Shown: positions 20,830-30,392 of the stretch, piece after piece
How the letters are laid out: each line of letters begins with the position of its first letter
Position numbering within the stretch: position 1 is the stretch's first letter
From: Calditrichia bacterium
GTDB lineage: Bacteria > Calditrichota > Calditrichia > JAJRVZ01
Length of the DNA stretch: 64,000 nucleotides
Direction: 5' to 3'
NCBI GenBank assembly: GCA_963777955.1
Contig: CAVZSQ010000017.1
Coordinates: 231,737-295,736, forward strand
Notes under the pieces: generated by a model
Told to the model about the DNA's origin: nothing
Database searches by the model: none
The model's input: only the letters and a program-made list of their open reading frames with translations
Translations under genes and position numbers: made by a program

Positions 20830-21213
20830 TTATTGCCGCATATGCAGACTGCGGAAAGTAGTCCAGCGGTCAATGCAATGGCGCAGGAATTTTATCTTGA
20901 ACGGTTCCTGCATCAGGGCGATCAGTGAATCGGACTGCAACTTGGTGCTGTCGGTCAGTTGTCCCCCTGCCGAAATATATATAATCGGAATTCGTTTACT
21001 CACCGGATTGGAACGCAAACGGGTCAGCATTGCGCTGCCGAGCTTGGGTGCGAATTGCTCGTTGAGAATAATAATAGCCGGTTTATGATTTTCGATCTGT
21101 TTAAACAGATCAAGATTTCTGTTAATGGTTATCAGTTGTAATTTGTAGACATTAAGCAGATCGTTTAGAACCTTGGCCCGTTCGGCATCCCCGTCACAAA
21201 TCATAACTTTCAT
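20830..21213 (-). CDS. Single-domain CheY-like response regulator receiver protein
   Basis: MKVMICDGD...Acidic pocket and conserved K (PIIYISAGGQ). 127 aa, no output domain. Confidence 0.7.
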   Translation of the reverse strand: MKVMICDGDAERAKVLNDLLNVYKLQLITINRNLDLFKQIENHKPAIIILNEQFAPKLGSAMLTRLRSNPVSKRIPIIYISAGGQLTDSTKLQSDSLIALMQEPFKIKFLRHCIDRWTTFRSLHMRQ

Positions 21214-21228
21214 CGTGATTCCTTCTAT

Positions 21229-21441
21229 TTAACAGAATTCTTTGTCATGAATAATTCTGGCCCGAATCGCTGAATCCAGAACTTTGGGCAGATCTTCCAG
21301 TATTTCATCGATGCTGTTGCGATAAACCGTCAGCGCATCGGTTTCCGAAAAAATGACCCGGATATTATAATACCTTCGCCCGTTTTCATCGGACAGAGCA
21401 TTAATATCGACTTTGCTTTCCAGTATATTATTTGTCATCAT
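21229..21441 (-). CDS. Small hypothetical protein (70 aa), co-transcribed with the downstream receiver
   Basis: GAGGAAG RBS 7 nt upstream. A 15 bp gap to the receiver gene. Preceded by a sigma-54-like promoter. Confidence 0.5.
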   Translation of the reverse strand: MMTNNILESKVDINALSDENGRRYYNIRVIFSETDALTVYRNSIDEILEDLPKVLDSAIRARIIHDKEFC

Positions 21442-21474
21442 GAAATCTTCCTCTTCATCTGCTGAAATATTAAA

Positions 21475-21490
21475 GACAAGAACCGTGCCA
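21475..21490 (-). promoter_or_regulatory. Candidate sigma-54 (-24/-12) promoter upstream of the small ORF + receiver operon
   Basis: The minus strand reads TGGCACggttcTTGTC with correct GG-N10-G(C/T) spacing, about 35 nt upstream of ATG 21441. The -12 element has GT rather than the consensus GC. The sigma-54 activator is encoded immediately upstream. Confidence 0.4.
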
Positions 21491-21582
21491 GACTATAACT
21501 TATATAATAACAATAAGTTGAGTTGTATAATCGCTAACTGATAGTTAAATAAGGGGATAGATACCTTTTAGATCGGGTCGAT

Positions 21583-21628
21583 TGTATAAAATACAATTTA
21601 AAGATCAGGGTAATTGTAAAAAATACAA
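21583..21628. promoter_or_regulatory. Pair of palindromic TTGTA-N5-TACAA sites (candidate activator UAS)
   Basis: ttgtataaaatacaa (21583-21597) and ttgtaaaaaatacaa (21614-21628). Centres are 31 bp apart and lie about 100-130 bp upstream of the candidate sigma-54 promoter. Confidence 0.4.
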
Positions 21629-21633
21629 AAGTG

Positions 21634-22974
21634 TTAGTCCTGCAGTTTATTCTGCAGGGTGCGGTAATTTATATTCAGGAATTTACAGGCTTCTTTTTTA
21701 TTCCCGTTAAAGTGGGCCAGCACGGTATGGACATAATCCCGCGATATATCGTCCAGAGTATGTTTGCGCAGCAAGGCCTGCTGCAGAAAAATATCGTCAC
21801 TTTGTTTCAACTCTGCCGGCAGGTCGCTCAGACTGAGGGTACTGGAATTAAGGATCAGCATTCGTTTTAAAGTATTTTCCAGCTGGCGGATATTTCCTTC
21901 CCAATTCAGTTTTGACATGAAACTGATCAACTGCGGATCAATTTTAGGCAAGGGCAATTCGTTTTCCTGGCAATATTTCTGGGTGACATGATCGATCAGT
22001 GCCGGGATATCATCCGGCCGGAAGCGCAAGGGCAGAATGTGGATGGGTATCACGTTGAGCCGGTAGAACAGATCTTCACGAAATCGCTTGTCTTTGACTT
22101 CCTGATTCAGATCTTTATTGGTTGCGGCGATCAGGCGGGAATCCGATTTTATTTCCGTGGAACCGCCCAGATGATAAAACTTTTTCTCCTGCAGCACCCG
22201 TAATAATTTCGCCTGCAAACTGACCGGGATATCGCCGATCTCGTCTAAAAAGAGTGTTCCTTTTGCGGCCAGTTCGATTTGGCCCTTCTTCAGATCGGTG
22301 GCTCCGGTAAAGGCCCCTTTCTCATGGCCGAACAGTTCATTTTCCAGCAGGGTTTCCGGCATGGCCGCGCAATTGATGGCGATAAACGGACCCTTGTGCG
22401 CTTTACTGCGGGCGTGAATATGCCTGGCAATTATTTCCTTGCCCACCCCGGATTCGCCAGTAATCAGAACGGTTTCAGTGCTTTTACTGATCTTTTCGAT
22501 CAGGGCCAGGATATTTTGCATGGGTTTGCTGACCGCCACGATATCTTCGAAATTAAATACCCGGTCCAGACGCTGCCGCAGTTTTTTATTCTCGCGTTTT
22601 AAGCTCAGCATTTTGAAGGCCCGGCTGACCAGGAAAGGCAATTCCTCCTGAATATTTTCTCCTTTGGAAAAATATGAATTAGCTCCCCGCTGCTGGGCTT
22701 CCAGGGCGACCTGATGATCGCGGGAAGAAGTGATCACAATTACTTCGGCATCTGTCCCGGCGGCCATTATCCGTTCCAGCACAACGAAACCGTCTTCGAT
22801 GCGGGGAATGCCCAGGTCAAGAATAACCAGGTCGGGGAGTTCTTCGCTAAAAATTTTTAAGGCCTGGTCAACCTCGCTGGTTTCGCGGTAGACATACTGA
22901 TCACCCAGCCATTTTTTATAACTTTCCCGCCAGACTAAATTGTCTTCAATAATTAAAATTTTATTTTTCAGCAT
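21634..22974 (-). CDS. Sigma-54-dependent transcriptional activator (NtrC family response regulator: receiver + AAA+ + HTH)
   Basis: Receiver domain. AAA+ Walker A GESGVGKE. GAFTGA motif (HEKGAFTGA). ESELFGHEKGAF-type region. C-terminal Fis-type HTH. Confidence 0.9.
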   Translation of the reverse strand: MLKNKILIIEDNLVWRESYKKWLGDQYVYRETSEVDQALKIFSEELPDLVILDLGIPRIEDGFVVLERIMAAGTDAEVIVITSSRDHQVALEAQQRGANSYFSKGENIQEELPFLVSRAFKMLSLKRENKKLRQRLDRVFNFEDIVAVSKPMQNILALIEKISKSTETVLITGESGVGKEIIARHIHARSKAHKGPFIAINCAAMPETLLENELFGHEKGAFTGATDLKKGQIELAAKGTLFLDEIGDIPVSLQAKLLRVLQEKKFYHLGGSTEIKSDSRLIAATNKDLNQEVKDKRFREDLFYRLNVIPIHILPLRFRPDDIPALIDHVTQKYCQENELPLPKIDPQLISFMSKLNWEGNIRQLENTLKRMLILNSSTLSLSDLPAELKQSDDIFLQQALLRKHTLDDISRDYVHTVLAHFNGNKKEACKFLNINYRTLQNKLQD

Positions 22975-24064
22975 ATTCTTCTTCCAGAGGTAAACAGATG
23001 GTGACCTGTACGCCGCCGCTGGCGATATTACCGATCGACAGGTTTCCGTAATGGGCCTGAATGATTTTTTCGGCGATGGCCAGTCCCATGCCGACCTTGC
23101 CCTGGTCCTTTAACGTGGTAAAAAGTGGTTCTTTGACTTTGCCGAGGAATTCTGCCGGTATGGCCGGGCCGTTATTAATGATATTCAATTGTACCCAGTC
23201 ATGAGGAATAAACAGAGAACGGTTGCTTAAACGGTTAAAATTAATCTGAGCTTTGCCGTGCACCAGTCCGGCATAATAGACTGAATTTTCCAGAACCGCC
23301 AGCAGGGCCCGGTTGATCAGTTCCAGATCAACTGACAGGCGCATCGGTTCCTGAGCCGCCGCAGGGCTGTTATCTTTAATTTCGACAGGGGTGGAAAAAT
23401 TAAGCAGAATCGCCAGCAGCATATCGTGAACAGTGATGGAAATCCTGGACATTTCGGTTTCAGAAAGGTAAAAAAGAAAGTCACGGGTCAGCCTTTTCCC
23501 ATAAATTAATTTCTGCTGCACGCTGTCATTTTGAACATCCAATATGGATATAATGGCGATCAGCGAATTAAAATCGTGGGTTATATTGCTGATATATGCC
23601 CCGCACTGTTTGTGCGCGGCGACGGCCGAGAGATGGGCGGCGTGGCTCAGGTATTTGAACATATTCTGCGCCTGGCCGGTTAAACTGATCAGGGCCTGTT
23701 TGGCGGTTGGGCCGGCCCGGGCAGCCAACAGTATGTAAGTTACGCGCTGCCGGTGATCTTTAAAGGGGAAAATAAAATAATCCTTTAGTTCGTAAAAAGA
23801 TTGTTCCCGGCCACCGCGGTCGCCGAAGGCATATTTTTTCAGATCCAGGCCGGTCAGCATTTGCAGGGCCTGTTCGGCAAAAACACCGGGTGTGCTGATC
23901 CGGTAAGGCCAGGGTGAATAGGAATGCTGCAGCAGGGCAAATGCCAGATCGGGAAATTTTTGCTGCAGATAGCGGCAGAATTGCTCCGGCATGTTCTGCT
24001 CGTTCAAACACCCGGATTGCGATTCGATAAAATCCACGATCGTGGACTGGTCATGCGCCGGCAT
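22961..24064 (-). CDS. Sensor histidine kinase (cytoplasmic), partner of the NtrC-family regulator
   Basis: H-box region (ISNITHDFNSL) and HATPase_c G-boxes (GKVGMGLAIAEKII). Overlaps the RR start by 14 nt. Confidence 0.75.
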   Translation of the reverse strand: MPAHDQSTIVDFIESQSGCLNEQNMPEQFCRYLQQKFPDLAFALLQHSYSPWPYRISTPGVFAEQALQMLTGLDLKKYAFGDRGGREQSFYELKDYFIFPFKDHRQRVTYILLAARAGPTAKQALISLTGQAQNMFKYLSHAAHLSAVAAHKQCGAYISNITHDFNSLIAIISILDVQNDSVQQKLIYGKRLTRDFLFYLSETEMSRISITVHDMLLAILLNFSTPVEIKDNSPAAAQEPMRLSVDLELINRALLAVLENSVYYAGLVHGKAQINFNRLSNRSLFIPHDWVQLNIINNGPAIPAEFLGKVKEPLFTTLKDQGKVGMGLAIAEKIIQAHYGNLSIGNIASGGVQVTICLPLEEEYAEK

Positions 24065-24068
24065 CAGT

Positions 24069-24839
24069 TTAGTGCTCCTTGGATTTATTCCAGATCAGGT
24101 CCAGTTCAGCCAGTTTAGCCTGTTTCATTTTTTCATAATCCTGCTTAAAATATTCTTCGATAAACTGAAAGCGTTTGATAAATTTTTCATTGGTCAGCCT
24201 GAGGGCATCTTCAGCTGCCAATCCCAGAAAGCGCGATAAATTGACCAGGCTGAAAATAATATCCCCCAGTTCTTCCTGCATGTTCGCGCGATCTTCTTTC
24301 TGTAAAGCCTGTTTAAGTTCCCTGATTTCCTCTTCTACTTTATCCAGGACTCCGCTCAGTTCAGGCCAGTCAAAATTCACGGTGGCGGCCTTTTCCTGAA
24401 TGCGCTGGGCCCGCAGCAGAGCGGGCAAATTTAGCGGGATATCGGCCAGCAGGGAGGATCGCTTTTCCTTGTTTCGCTTTATCTGTTCCCAGTTATGGAG
24501 AATATCCTTGACGCCGTTTACCGGAAGATTGCTGAAGACATGGGGATGGCGTTCGATCATTTTGACCGTGATCGCCTCGATAACCTGTTCCAGGGTAAAA
24601 TGGTTCTGTTCGGCGGCTATCACACTCTGCAAAATGATCTGCAACAGCAGGTCTCCCAGTTCCCCTTTCAGTTTATCATGGTCAGCCTGGTCAATGGTCT
24701 GCAGCACTTCATAGGTTTCTTCCAGGATGTACTGGCGCAGGGACCCGGCTGTCTGCTGGCGATCCCAGGGACATTCGCGGCGAAGTTTTTCGATAACCTC
24801 GACCAGGGTGGCAAATTTGGAAGCTGTGCTTTCGCTCAT
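24069..24839 (-). CDS. mazG: Nucleoside triphosphate pyrophosphohydrolase MazG
   Basis: Two MazG EExxE repeats (LEETYEVLQTID, QEELGDIIFSLVNL). Confidence 0.85.
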   Translation of the reverse strand: MSESTASKFATLVEVIEKLRRECPWDRQQTAGSLRQYILEETYEVLQTIDQADHDKLKGELGDLLLQIILQSVIAAEQNHFTLEQVIEAITVKMIERHPHVFSNLPVNGVKDILHNWEQIKRNKEKRSSLLADIPLNLPALLRAQRIQEKAATVNFDWPELSGVLDKVEEEIRELKQALQKEDRANMQEELGDIIFSLVNLSRFLGLAAEDALRLTNEKFIKRFQFIEEYFKQDYEKMKQAKLAELDLIWNKSKEH

Positions 24840-24990
24840 ATTTTTCTACAACTGTATGTTTAATCTTACAATTTATAATTTGTAATTGGTAACTGGTAAT
24901 TGTTAATCACGCTGTCCGGCGGATCTGACCACTGGCTCATTGGAATTTGGTATTTGGAATTTGGTCATTACACATACCGGGTCTATTCAC

Positions 24991-25644
24991 TCAAGCCACC
25001 TTAAACTTAATTTCCCCCAGTCCTTCAATTCTGGCCTGCAGCAGATCGCCGGAAACGATTTTGCCGACACCGGCCGGGGTTCCGGTTAAAATAATATCTC
25101 CTGCCTCCAGGGTGAAATATCCGGAGATGTAGGCAATTAGCCGTTCTACCGGATAGATCATTTCGGCAGTAGAGGCACTTTGTCTGGGCAGGTGATTCAC
25201 CTCCAGCTCGATCCGCAGGTTATTGAGATTCTTGATTTGGTCCAGGGGTGTGAAGGCAGAGACCGGGCAGGCGCCATCGAAGCCCTTGCTCACACTCCAC
25301 GGTTCACCGCGGTCTTTGGCCAGGCGCTGCAGATCGCGCAGGGTCAGGTCCAGGGCGATCCCGGCGCCGGCCAGATACTGCCGCCAGTCCCCGGCGGCGA
25401 TATCCTTGCCGGTTTTGCCGATTAACAGGGCCAGTTCGACCTCATGCTGGACATTGTTGCTGTAGCCCGGAAGTTTTATGGGCTGGCCTTCGGCCAGGAT
25501 GGCGGTAGGGGGTTTTAAAAACAGCACCGGCGGATTTTTCCCCGAGCCGCCCATCTCCGCGGCATGTTGAGCATAATTTTGACCAACGCCGATTATTTTA
25601 CCGACGCTATATTTTTTATCAGGTAGTAATATCACGGATGCCAT
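24991..25644 (-). CDS. Fumarylacetoacetate hydrolase (FAH) family protein
   Basis: KIIGVGQNYAQHAAEMG and metal-binding Glu/Asp pattern of the FAH fold. Confidence 0.8.
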   Translation of the reverse strand: MASVILLPDKKYSVGKIIGVGQNYAQHAAEMGGSGKNPPVLFLKPPTAILAEGQPIKLPGYSNNVQHEVELALLIGKTGKDIAAGDWRQYLAGAGIALDLTLRDLQRLAKDRGEPWSVSKGFDGACPVSAFTPLDQIKNLNNLRIELEVNHLPRQSASTAEMIYPVERLIAYISGYFTLEAGDIILTGTPAGVGKIVSGDLLQARIEGLGEIKFKVA

Positions 25645-26956
25645 AGGATGATTCTCCCAGGATGCGGAATAATTTTATTTCACCACGGACTACTTTCAAT
25701 TTCCTGATCGTGTTCAGCGATTTGATGATATCATGCTCCGGAGCCGGTTCGGTAAAAATATGCACGAAACTGTTCTTCTCCTGATTTTTCGTACTATTGG
25801 CAGAAGCATGAGTGGATTCAATATTGATTTTATTCCCGCCAAGTATGGTGGCGATACTGCCGATGACACCGGGAACATTCAGGCAGGTGAAACGCAGATA
25901 GTAATGCGAAATAATATCCGTGACCGGGATTACCGGTTTATTTTTCCAGACCGGAAATTCATACATGTACTGCGGGGAAGTCTGCAGGGACGTTGCCACG
26001 TCGACCAGATCGCGGATTACCATGGTTGCCGCCGAATAAACCCCGGCACCTTTACCGTAAAGCATAAATTCACCAATGGTGTCGGTCTGGATAAATATGG
26101 CGTTGTAATCGTAATCGACTGAAGCCAGCGGATGAGTTTTGGGTACCAGGGTGGGATGAACCCGTAATTCCAGGCCGGATTTACGGTCCTTGATAATAGC
26201 CAGCAATTTAATCTGGTAACCAAACTCAGCGGCAAACTTGATATCGATCGGTTTTAGTGCGGATATTCCTTCGGCATAGACCTGCAGATAATTGACCTGG
26301 GTGCCGAAGGCCGTGGCCGCCAGCAGGGATAATTTTTGCGCTGAATCAGATCCCTCGTAATCCAGCAACATATGACTTTCTGAAAGTTTGTGTATTTCGG
26401 GGGAATTGAGTATTTCTTTTAAACTTTTACCGGTACGGGTCATTTCACTCAAAATATAATTTGAGGTCCCGCTGGCTACTCCCCAGATGCCCAGGATGCG
26501 GCTGGCGATCAGGTCGCGGCGAATGGTGTGAATGATTGGAATGCCTCCGCCCAGGGCAGCATTAAATTGTAAATGAGCCTTTTTGGAACGGGCCAGTTCA
26601 AAAATCTCACCTATCTTGCTGGCCAGCAGAGCCCGGTTAGCCGAGACCAGATGACAACCCTGGGCCAGAAATTTCTTGATTATACCATAGGTTGGTTCAA
26701 TACCGCCCATGGCATCAATTACGATTTTTATATCGTGATCTTTTAGTATGGCATTGACATTATCGGTGAGAATCGTAGTCGGAATTGCCGAATCGCGTTT
26801 GTAACGGATATTCTTGACCAGGATATGTTTGATATTGAGATCGATCCCGGCCTGCTCCAGAATTTTAGGATGCCGGTCCAGCCAGAGTTTATAGATACCC
26901 TGGCCCAACTTGCCGCAACCCAATAAAGCAACATGTACTTGTTTATTCCTGGCCAT
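25619..26956 (-). CDS. hom: Homoserine dehydrogenase (with C-terminal ACT domain)
   Basis: N-terminal Rossmann VALLGCGKLGQG, HSDH catalytic region and ACT domain. 445 aa. Confidence 0.8.
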   Translation of the reverse strand: MARNKQVHVALLGCGKLGQGIYKLWLDRHPKILEQAGIDLNIKHILVKNIRYKRDSAIPTTILTDNVNAILKDHDIKIVIDAMGGIEPTYGIIKKFLAQGCHLVSANRALLASKIGEIFELARSKKAHLQFNAALGGGIPIIHTIRRDLIASRILGIWGVASGTSNYILSEMTRTGKSLKEILNSPEIHKLSESHMLLDYEGSDSAQKLSLLAATAFGTQVNYLQVYAEGISALKPIDIKFAAEFGYQIKLLAIIKDRKSGLELRVHPTLVPKTHPLASVDYDYNAIFIQTDTIGEFMLYGKGAGVYSAATMVIRDLVDVATSLQTSPQYMYEFPVWKNKPVIPVTDIISHYYLRFTCLNVPGVIGSIATILGGNKINIESTHASANSTKNQEKNSFVHIFTEPAPEHDIIKSLNTIRKLKVVRGEIKLFRILGESSYGIRDITT

Positions 26957-27048
26957 AGATCTGCTCCGCTTTACTGTTAGTTATTGATTTGCTTTATTGC
27001 CCGGTGGTGCTAATTTAAGCATTTTTTAAATGGATTGCTTCTTCAAAA

Positions 27049-27186
27049 GAGTTCCTTAGTTCCTTAGTCCAGTTCCTGACCCTCCCCTCTGTCCCCTCCC
27101 TTTCAGTCCGGCGGCTGCCGGACTGAAAGGGAGGGGATGAAAGGGGTGGGTTACTCAGGAACTCAGGTACTCAGGAACTCAGGTAC
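27049..27186. repeat. Large imperfect palindromic REP/MITE-like element (arms ~65 bp) ending in ACTCAGGW octamer tandem repeats
   Basis: Left arm gagttccttagttccttagtccagttcctgaccctcccctctgtcccctccctttcagtccgg. Its reverse complement is recapitulated on the right after the centre cggctg. The core ccctccctttcagtcc...ggactgaaagggagg is repeated at 36862. Confidence 0.7.
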
Positions 27187-27231
27187 TATATTATTTTAAC
27201 ATTGAAAAGGGATTGAATAAATTGTTAGATT

Positions 27232-27666
27232 ATGGACCAGCAACCAGAATTCAATACAGAGGTTTTCAATATGGGCAGCAGAAAAACATCTCCCAAAAAA
27301 CAACTCATCGTGGTCGGCGACCGTGTGCTGGTCCTGCCTGATGAATCAAAGCAAAAAACCAACTTTGGTTTATACCTGCCGCAGGGTATGGAGGAAAAGG
27401 AGCGGATTCAGGGGGGCTATGTGGTAAAGACCGGCCCGGGTTACCCGCTGCCGGATCCCAGTTCAGTTTCCGATGAACCGTGGAGTACCGCCAAACAGGA
27501 CGCCAAATACCTGCCGCTGCAGGTTGATGAAGGGGATTATATCCTGTTCCTGCGCAAGACCTCGGTGGAAATAGAATTTGAAGGCAAGAAATATCTTATT
27601 GTTCCCCAGTCGGGTATACTGTTGATTGTCCGCGATGATATCCTTAACCAGATGAATGATCAGTAA
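27232..27666 (+). CDS. GroES-like (chaperonin-10 fold) family protein
   Basis: LIVVGDRVLVLPDESKQKT...GGYVVKTGPG...EGDYILFLRKTSVEIEFEGKKYLIVPQSGILLIV matches GroES beta-barrel topology with an insertion. The true start may be an internal Met. Confidence 0.5.
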   Translation: MDQQPEFNTEVFNMGSRKTSPKKQLIVVGDRVLVLPDESKQKTNFGLYLPQGMEEKERIQGGYVVKTGPGYPLPDPSSVSDEPWSTAKQDAKYLPLQVDEGDYILFLRKTSVEIEFEGKKYLIVPQSGILLIVRDDILNQMNDQ

Positions 27667-27696
27667 AGTTGAAACCTGCTCAAAGGAAGGCCGACC

Positions 27697-30390
27697 ATGA
27701 AAATGATTGCTAACCTGATTATTTTTTTCCTGAGTGCAATAGTACTGGGCCAGGCCGGTTATTCCAGCGGCGAAAGAATACAGGGTTATAAATATCACGA
27801 AGATCAGTTCTATTTTGTTTTTGATGAACAGATCTATCAGGTTAAACCTGCACGGGTTATTGTGGAAGGATCGTTTCGCAACTGGGACCATAATCTGCAG
27901 GATAGCAGCTGGCATCTGCAAAAAGATCAACGGGAAGCAGGAGTATGGAAATTAAAGGTTACCAGGGAAATTGAATCCCAGGCCCAATTTAAATTCAGAA
28001 TCGATAGCGGTACCTGGTTGCAGCCACCCGCCGCAGCAAGGAATCAACAAGGGGGTAATCTGATTGTCCTGGACGATACGAATCGTATCAATTTAGAAGC
28101 AGAAATTGCGGGACCGCGTGATATCCGTGCCTGTATTTCCGGCGGCCGCAGGTCTGTTTCCCTGGATCCTGCCGATTACCGTCTGAGCGATGTTTACAAC
28201 CGGGAAATCAAAGTACTGCAGGTATTTTATCTCATGCCGGGAAAGATACAAGTATATCCCGAAGAGGACCTGGATATCCGGCGGGTTTATTACCTGCAGG
28301 ATAAAGTGCATGATGTAAAAACACTGGTGTCCTATGAAGGCTGGACTAAATATCTGTACTCCGGGAAAAAATTAGGAGCCCGCTATGATGTCACTGCCAA
28401 TTGCACCTGGTTCCGCCTGTTCGCTCCCAGGGCCACGGCGGTTAATTTGTACTTGTACCATAATCCCGGAGAAAAATATTTTAGCCGGCAGCTCCTGACA
28501 GTGGACCGGGACGGCGTGTGGGAAGTCAGTTTGGCCGGGAATTTAAACGGTTTATATTACGACTATACCGTTCACGGCCCGGATGAACCGGGGAATAATT
28601 TTTATGAAAAAGTTCCTGTACATATAAGTGATCCCTACGGCCAGGTCAGCGTCGACAGTTTCGGGCCCTGCCGTATCTGGCCGGACATAAAACCACCAAG
28701 ACCGGTCAAAGGGGGGCGTCCGGCCATGGAGGATGTGATTGCCTATGAAGTACATGTACAGGATTTCACCCGTCTGCTGCCGGTAGCGGAAAAAAAGCAA
28801 GCTACCTTTACGGCCTTTTTTGAAAAAAATCTGAAAAATAAAAAAGGTGAAAAGATCGGTTTTGATCATTTAGTCGAACTGGGCATCAATGTTGTGCATC
28901 TGCAGCCGGTCCAGGAGTTTTTACACTTTCCGGATCAGGAGTGGCAAAAATATTTTTTGAATGATCCGTTCATGATCGAGCAGGGTATCAACAAAGAAAA
29001 TTATGAATGGGGCTACCGCACCACCCACTTTTTTGCCATTGAGAGCAGATACCGGGAAAAAGGGAGCGAGTGGGGTGCACAAAATCAGCAGTTTCGTGAC
29101 CTGGTGGAGGCCCTCCATGATGCCGGGATGGCCGTAATTGTCGATCTGGTTTTTAATCATACCGGCGAGCGCATGGACGGCCGCATGGACTTTTTCAATT
29201 TTTCAGTTATCGATAAACCGTATTATTACCGGACCGATAAAAACCTGGATTATATCGGTGAATATGGCACAGAAGTTAAATCCGAACAAAGGCCGATGGT
29301 GCAGCGCTGGTTGTATGATCAATGCACAAATCTGATAAATCAATACGGCGTGGATGGTTTCCGCATCGACCTGGCCGGACAGACCGACCAGCAGACCCTG
29401 CTCAATCTTCGGCGTATAGTGGGGCCGGATATAATCATTTATGGTGAACCATGGATCGCCTCAGCAGATCCGGAATTCGAAAGTAATCCTGACTGGGACT
29501 GGTACAAGGCCGATGCGCCCATTACTTTTTTTCAGGATGAATCGCGCAACGCCTTTTGCGGACCTCCCTCAAATCCCGAAGATAAATGGATGGATCGCGG
29601 TTATGCCGGGGGCAATGGCGACCGTGAAAATGCTAAAAAAGCATTAAGCGCCGGATTTCCCGAGGACGATACCCCGCTGGACGGGATCAGTTATCTGGAT
29701 ATTCATGATAACTGGACGCTGGCCGACCGTTTTGCCAAAACAGACTGGGATGCCCGCCAGGGGGTCGAAGAAAACCGGGTCAAAATTGCGGCGACCCTGT
29801 TGTTCACAACCGTCGGACCGATTGTAATGCATGGCGGAACAGAGTTTTTACGCAATAAAAGCCAGGCCCCCTTAGCAGAACATAAAATAAAATTTCAGAA
29901 CGCCTACCTGTATTTTCACGGGAAGCGGGATACCTATAATCTGGCTGCAGCGAATGCCTTTGGCTGGGAGACCAAGGGGAAAAGCGCCGGGGACGATCAG
30001 GGGGTCATTACCTGTAATTATAAAAACATGTATGATTTCTGGCGGGGATTGATTGCGCTGAGGAAAAGCGACGCCGGCAGGGTGTTCCGCATAAAAGAAG
30101 TACCGCCGGCCGGCAACTATTATCGCTGGTTTGAACCCGGAAATCCCAGGTTGCTGGGATATCTGGTCGATGAAAAAATTCTGGTGCTGATCAATACCGA
30201 CACCGTGGCGGGGGAATTCAGCGGAATAAAATTACCGGACGGCAGCAGTTGGCGGTTAGTTGCCACGGTTGACCATATTGATCCGCTGAAAGGTATTCGG
30301 GGCAGAAGAGAATCCAGGTTAAAAGGCGGCAGCAAATTTAATTTTACGCTGGCGCCGGAAGATCTGCGTATCTGGGTGTGTCAAAAATAG
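27697..30390 (+). CDS. GH13 family pullulanase/glycogen-debranching-type alpha-amylase (secreted)
   Basis: Signal peptide. GH13 regions I VIVDLVFNHTG, II GVDGFRIDLAG, III IIYGEPW, IV YLDIHDNWTLADR. N-terminal CBM/Ig domains. 897 aa intact. Confidence 0.85.
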   Translation: MKMIANLIIFFLSAIVLGQAGYSSGERIQGYKYHEDQFYFVFDEQIYQVKPARVIVEGSFRNWDHNLQDSSWHLQKDQREAGVWKLKVTREIESQAQFKFRIDSGTWLQPPAAARNQQGGNLIVLDDTNRINLEAEIAGPRDIRACISGGRRSVSLDPADYRLSDVYNREIKVLQVFYLMPGKIQVYPEEDLDIRRVYYLQDKVHDVKTLVSYEGWTKYLYSGKKLGARYDVTANCTWFRLFAPRATAVNLYLYHNPGEKYFSRQLLTVDRDGVWEVSLAGNLNGLYYDYTVHGPDEPGNNFYEKVPVHISDPYGQVSVDSFGPCRIWPDIKPPRPVKGGRPAMEDVIAYEVHVQDFTRLLPVAEKKQATFTAFFEKNLKNKKGEKIGFDHLVELGINVVHLQPVQEFLHFPDQEWQKYFLNDPFMIEQGINKENYEWGYRTTHFFAIESRYREKGSEWGAQNQQFRDLVEALHDAGMAVIVDLVFNHTGERMDGRMDFFNFSVIDKPYYYRTDKNLDYIGEYGTEVKSEQRPMVQRWLYDQCTNLINQYGVDGFRIDLAGQTDQQTLLNLRRIVGPDIIIYGEPWIASADPEFESNPDWDWYKADAPITFFQDESRNAFCGPPSNPEDKWMDRGYAGGNGDRENAKKALSAGFPEDDTPLDGISYLDIHDNWTLADRFAKTDWDARQGVEENRVKIAATLLFTTVGPIVMHGGTEFLRNKSQAPLAEHKIKFQNAYLYFHGKRDTYNLAAANAFGWETKGKSAGDDQGVITCNYKNMYDFWRGLIALRKSDAGRVFRIKEVPPAGNYYRWFEPGNPRLLGYLVDEKILVLINTDTVAGEFSGIKLPDGSSWRLVATVDHIDPLKGIRGRRESRLKGGSKFNFTLAPEDLRIWVCQK

Positions 30391-30392
30391 TT

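Noticed and set aside
27155-27186. Possible CRISPR array, suggested by the short direct repeats (actcaggt, ccttagt, aagggacaa).
   Set aside because: The units are 7-9 bp and contiguous, with no unique spacers and no cas genes. They are simple tandem repeats.
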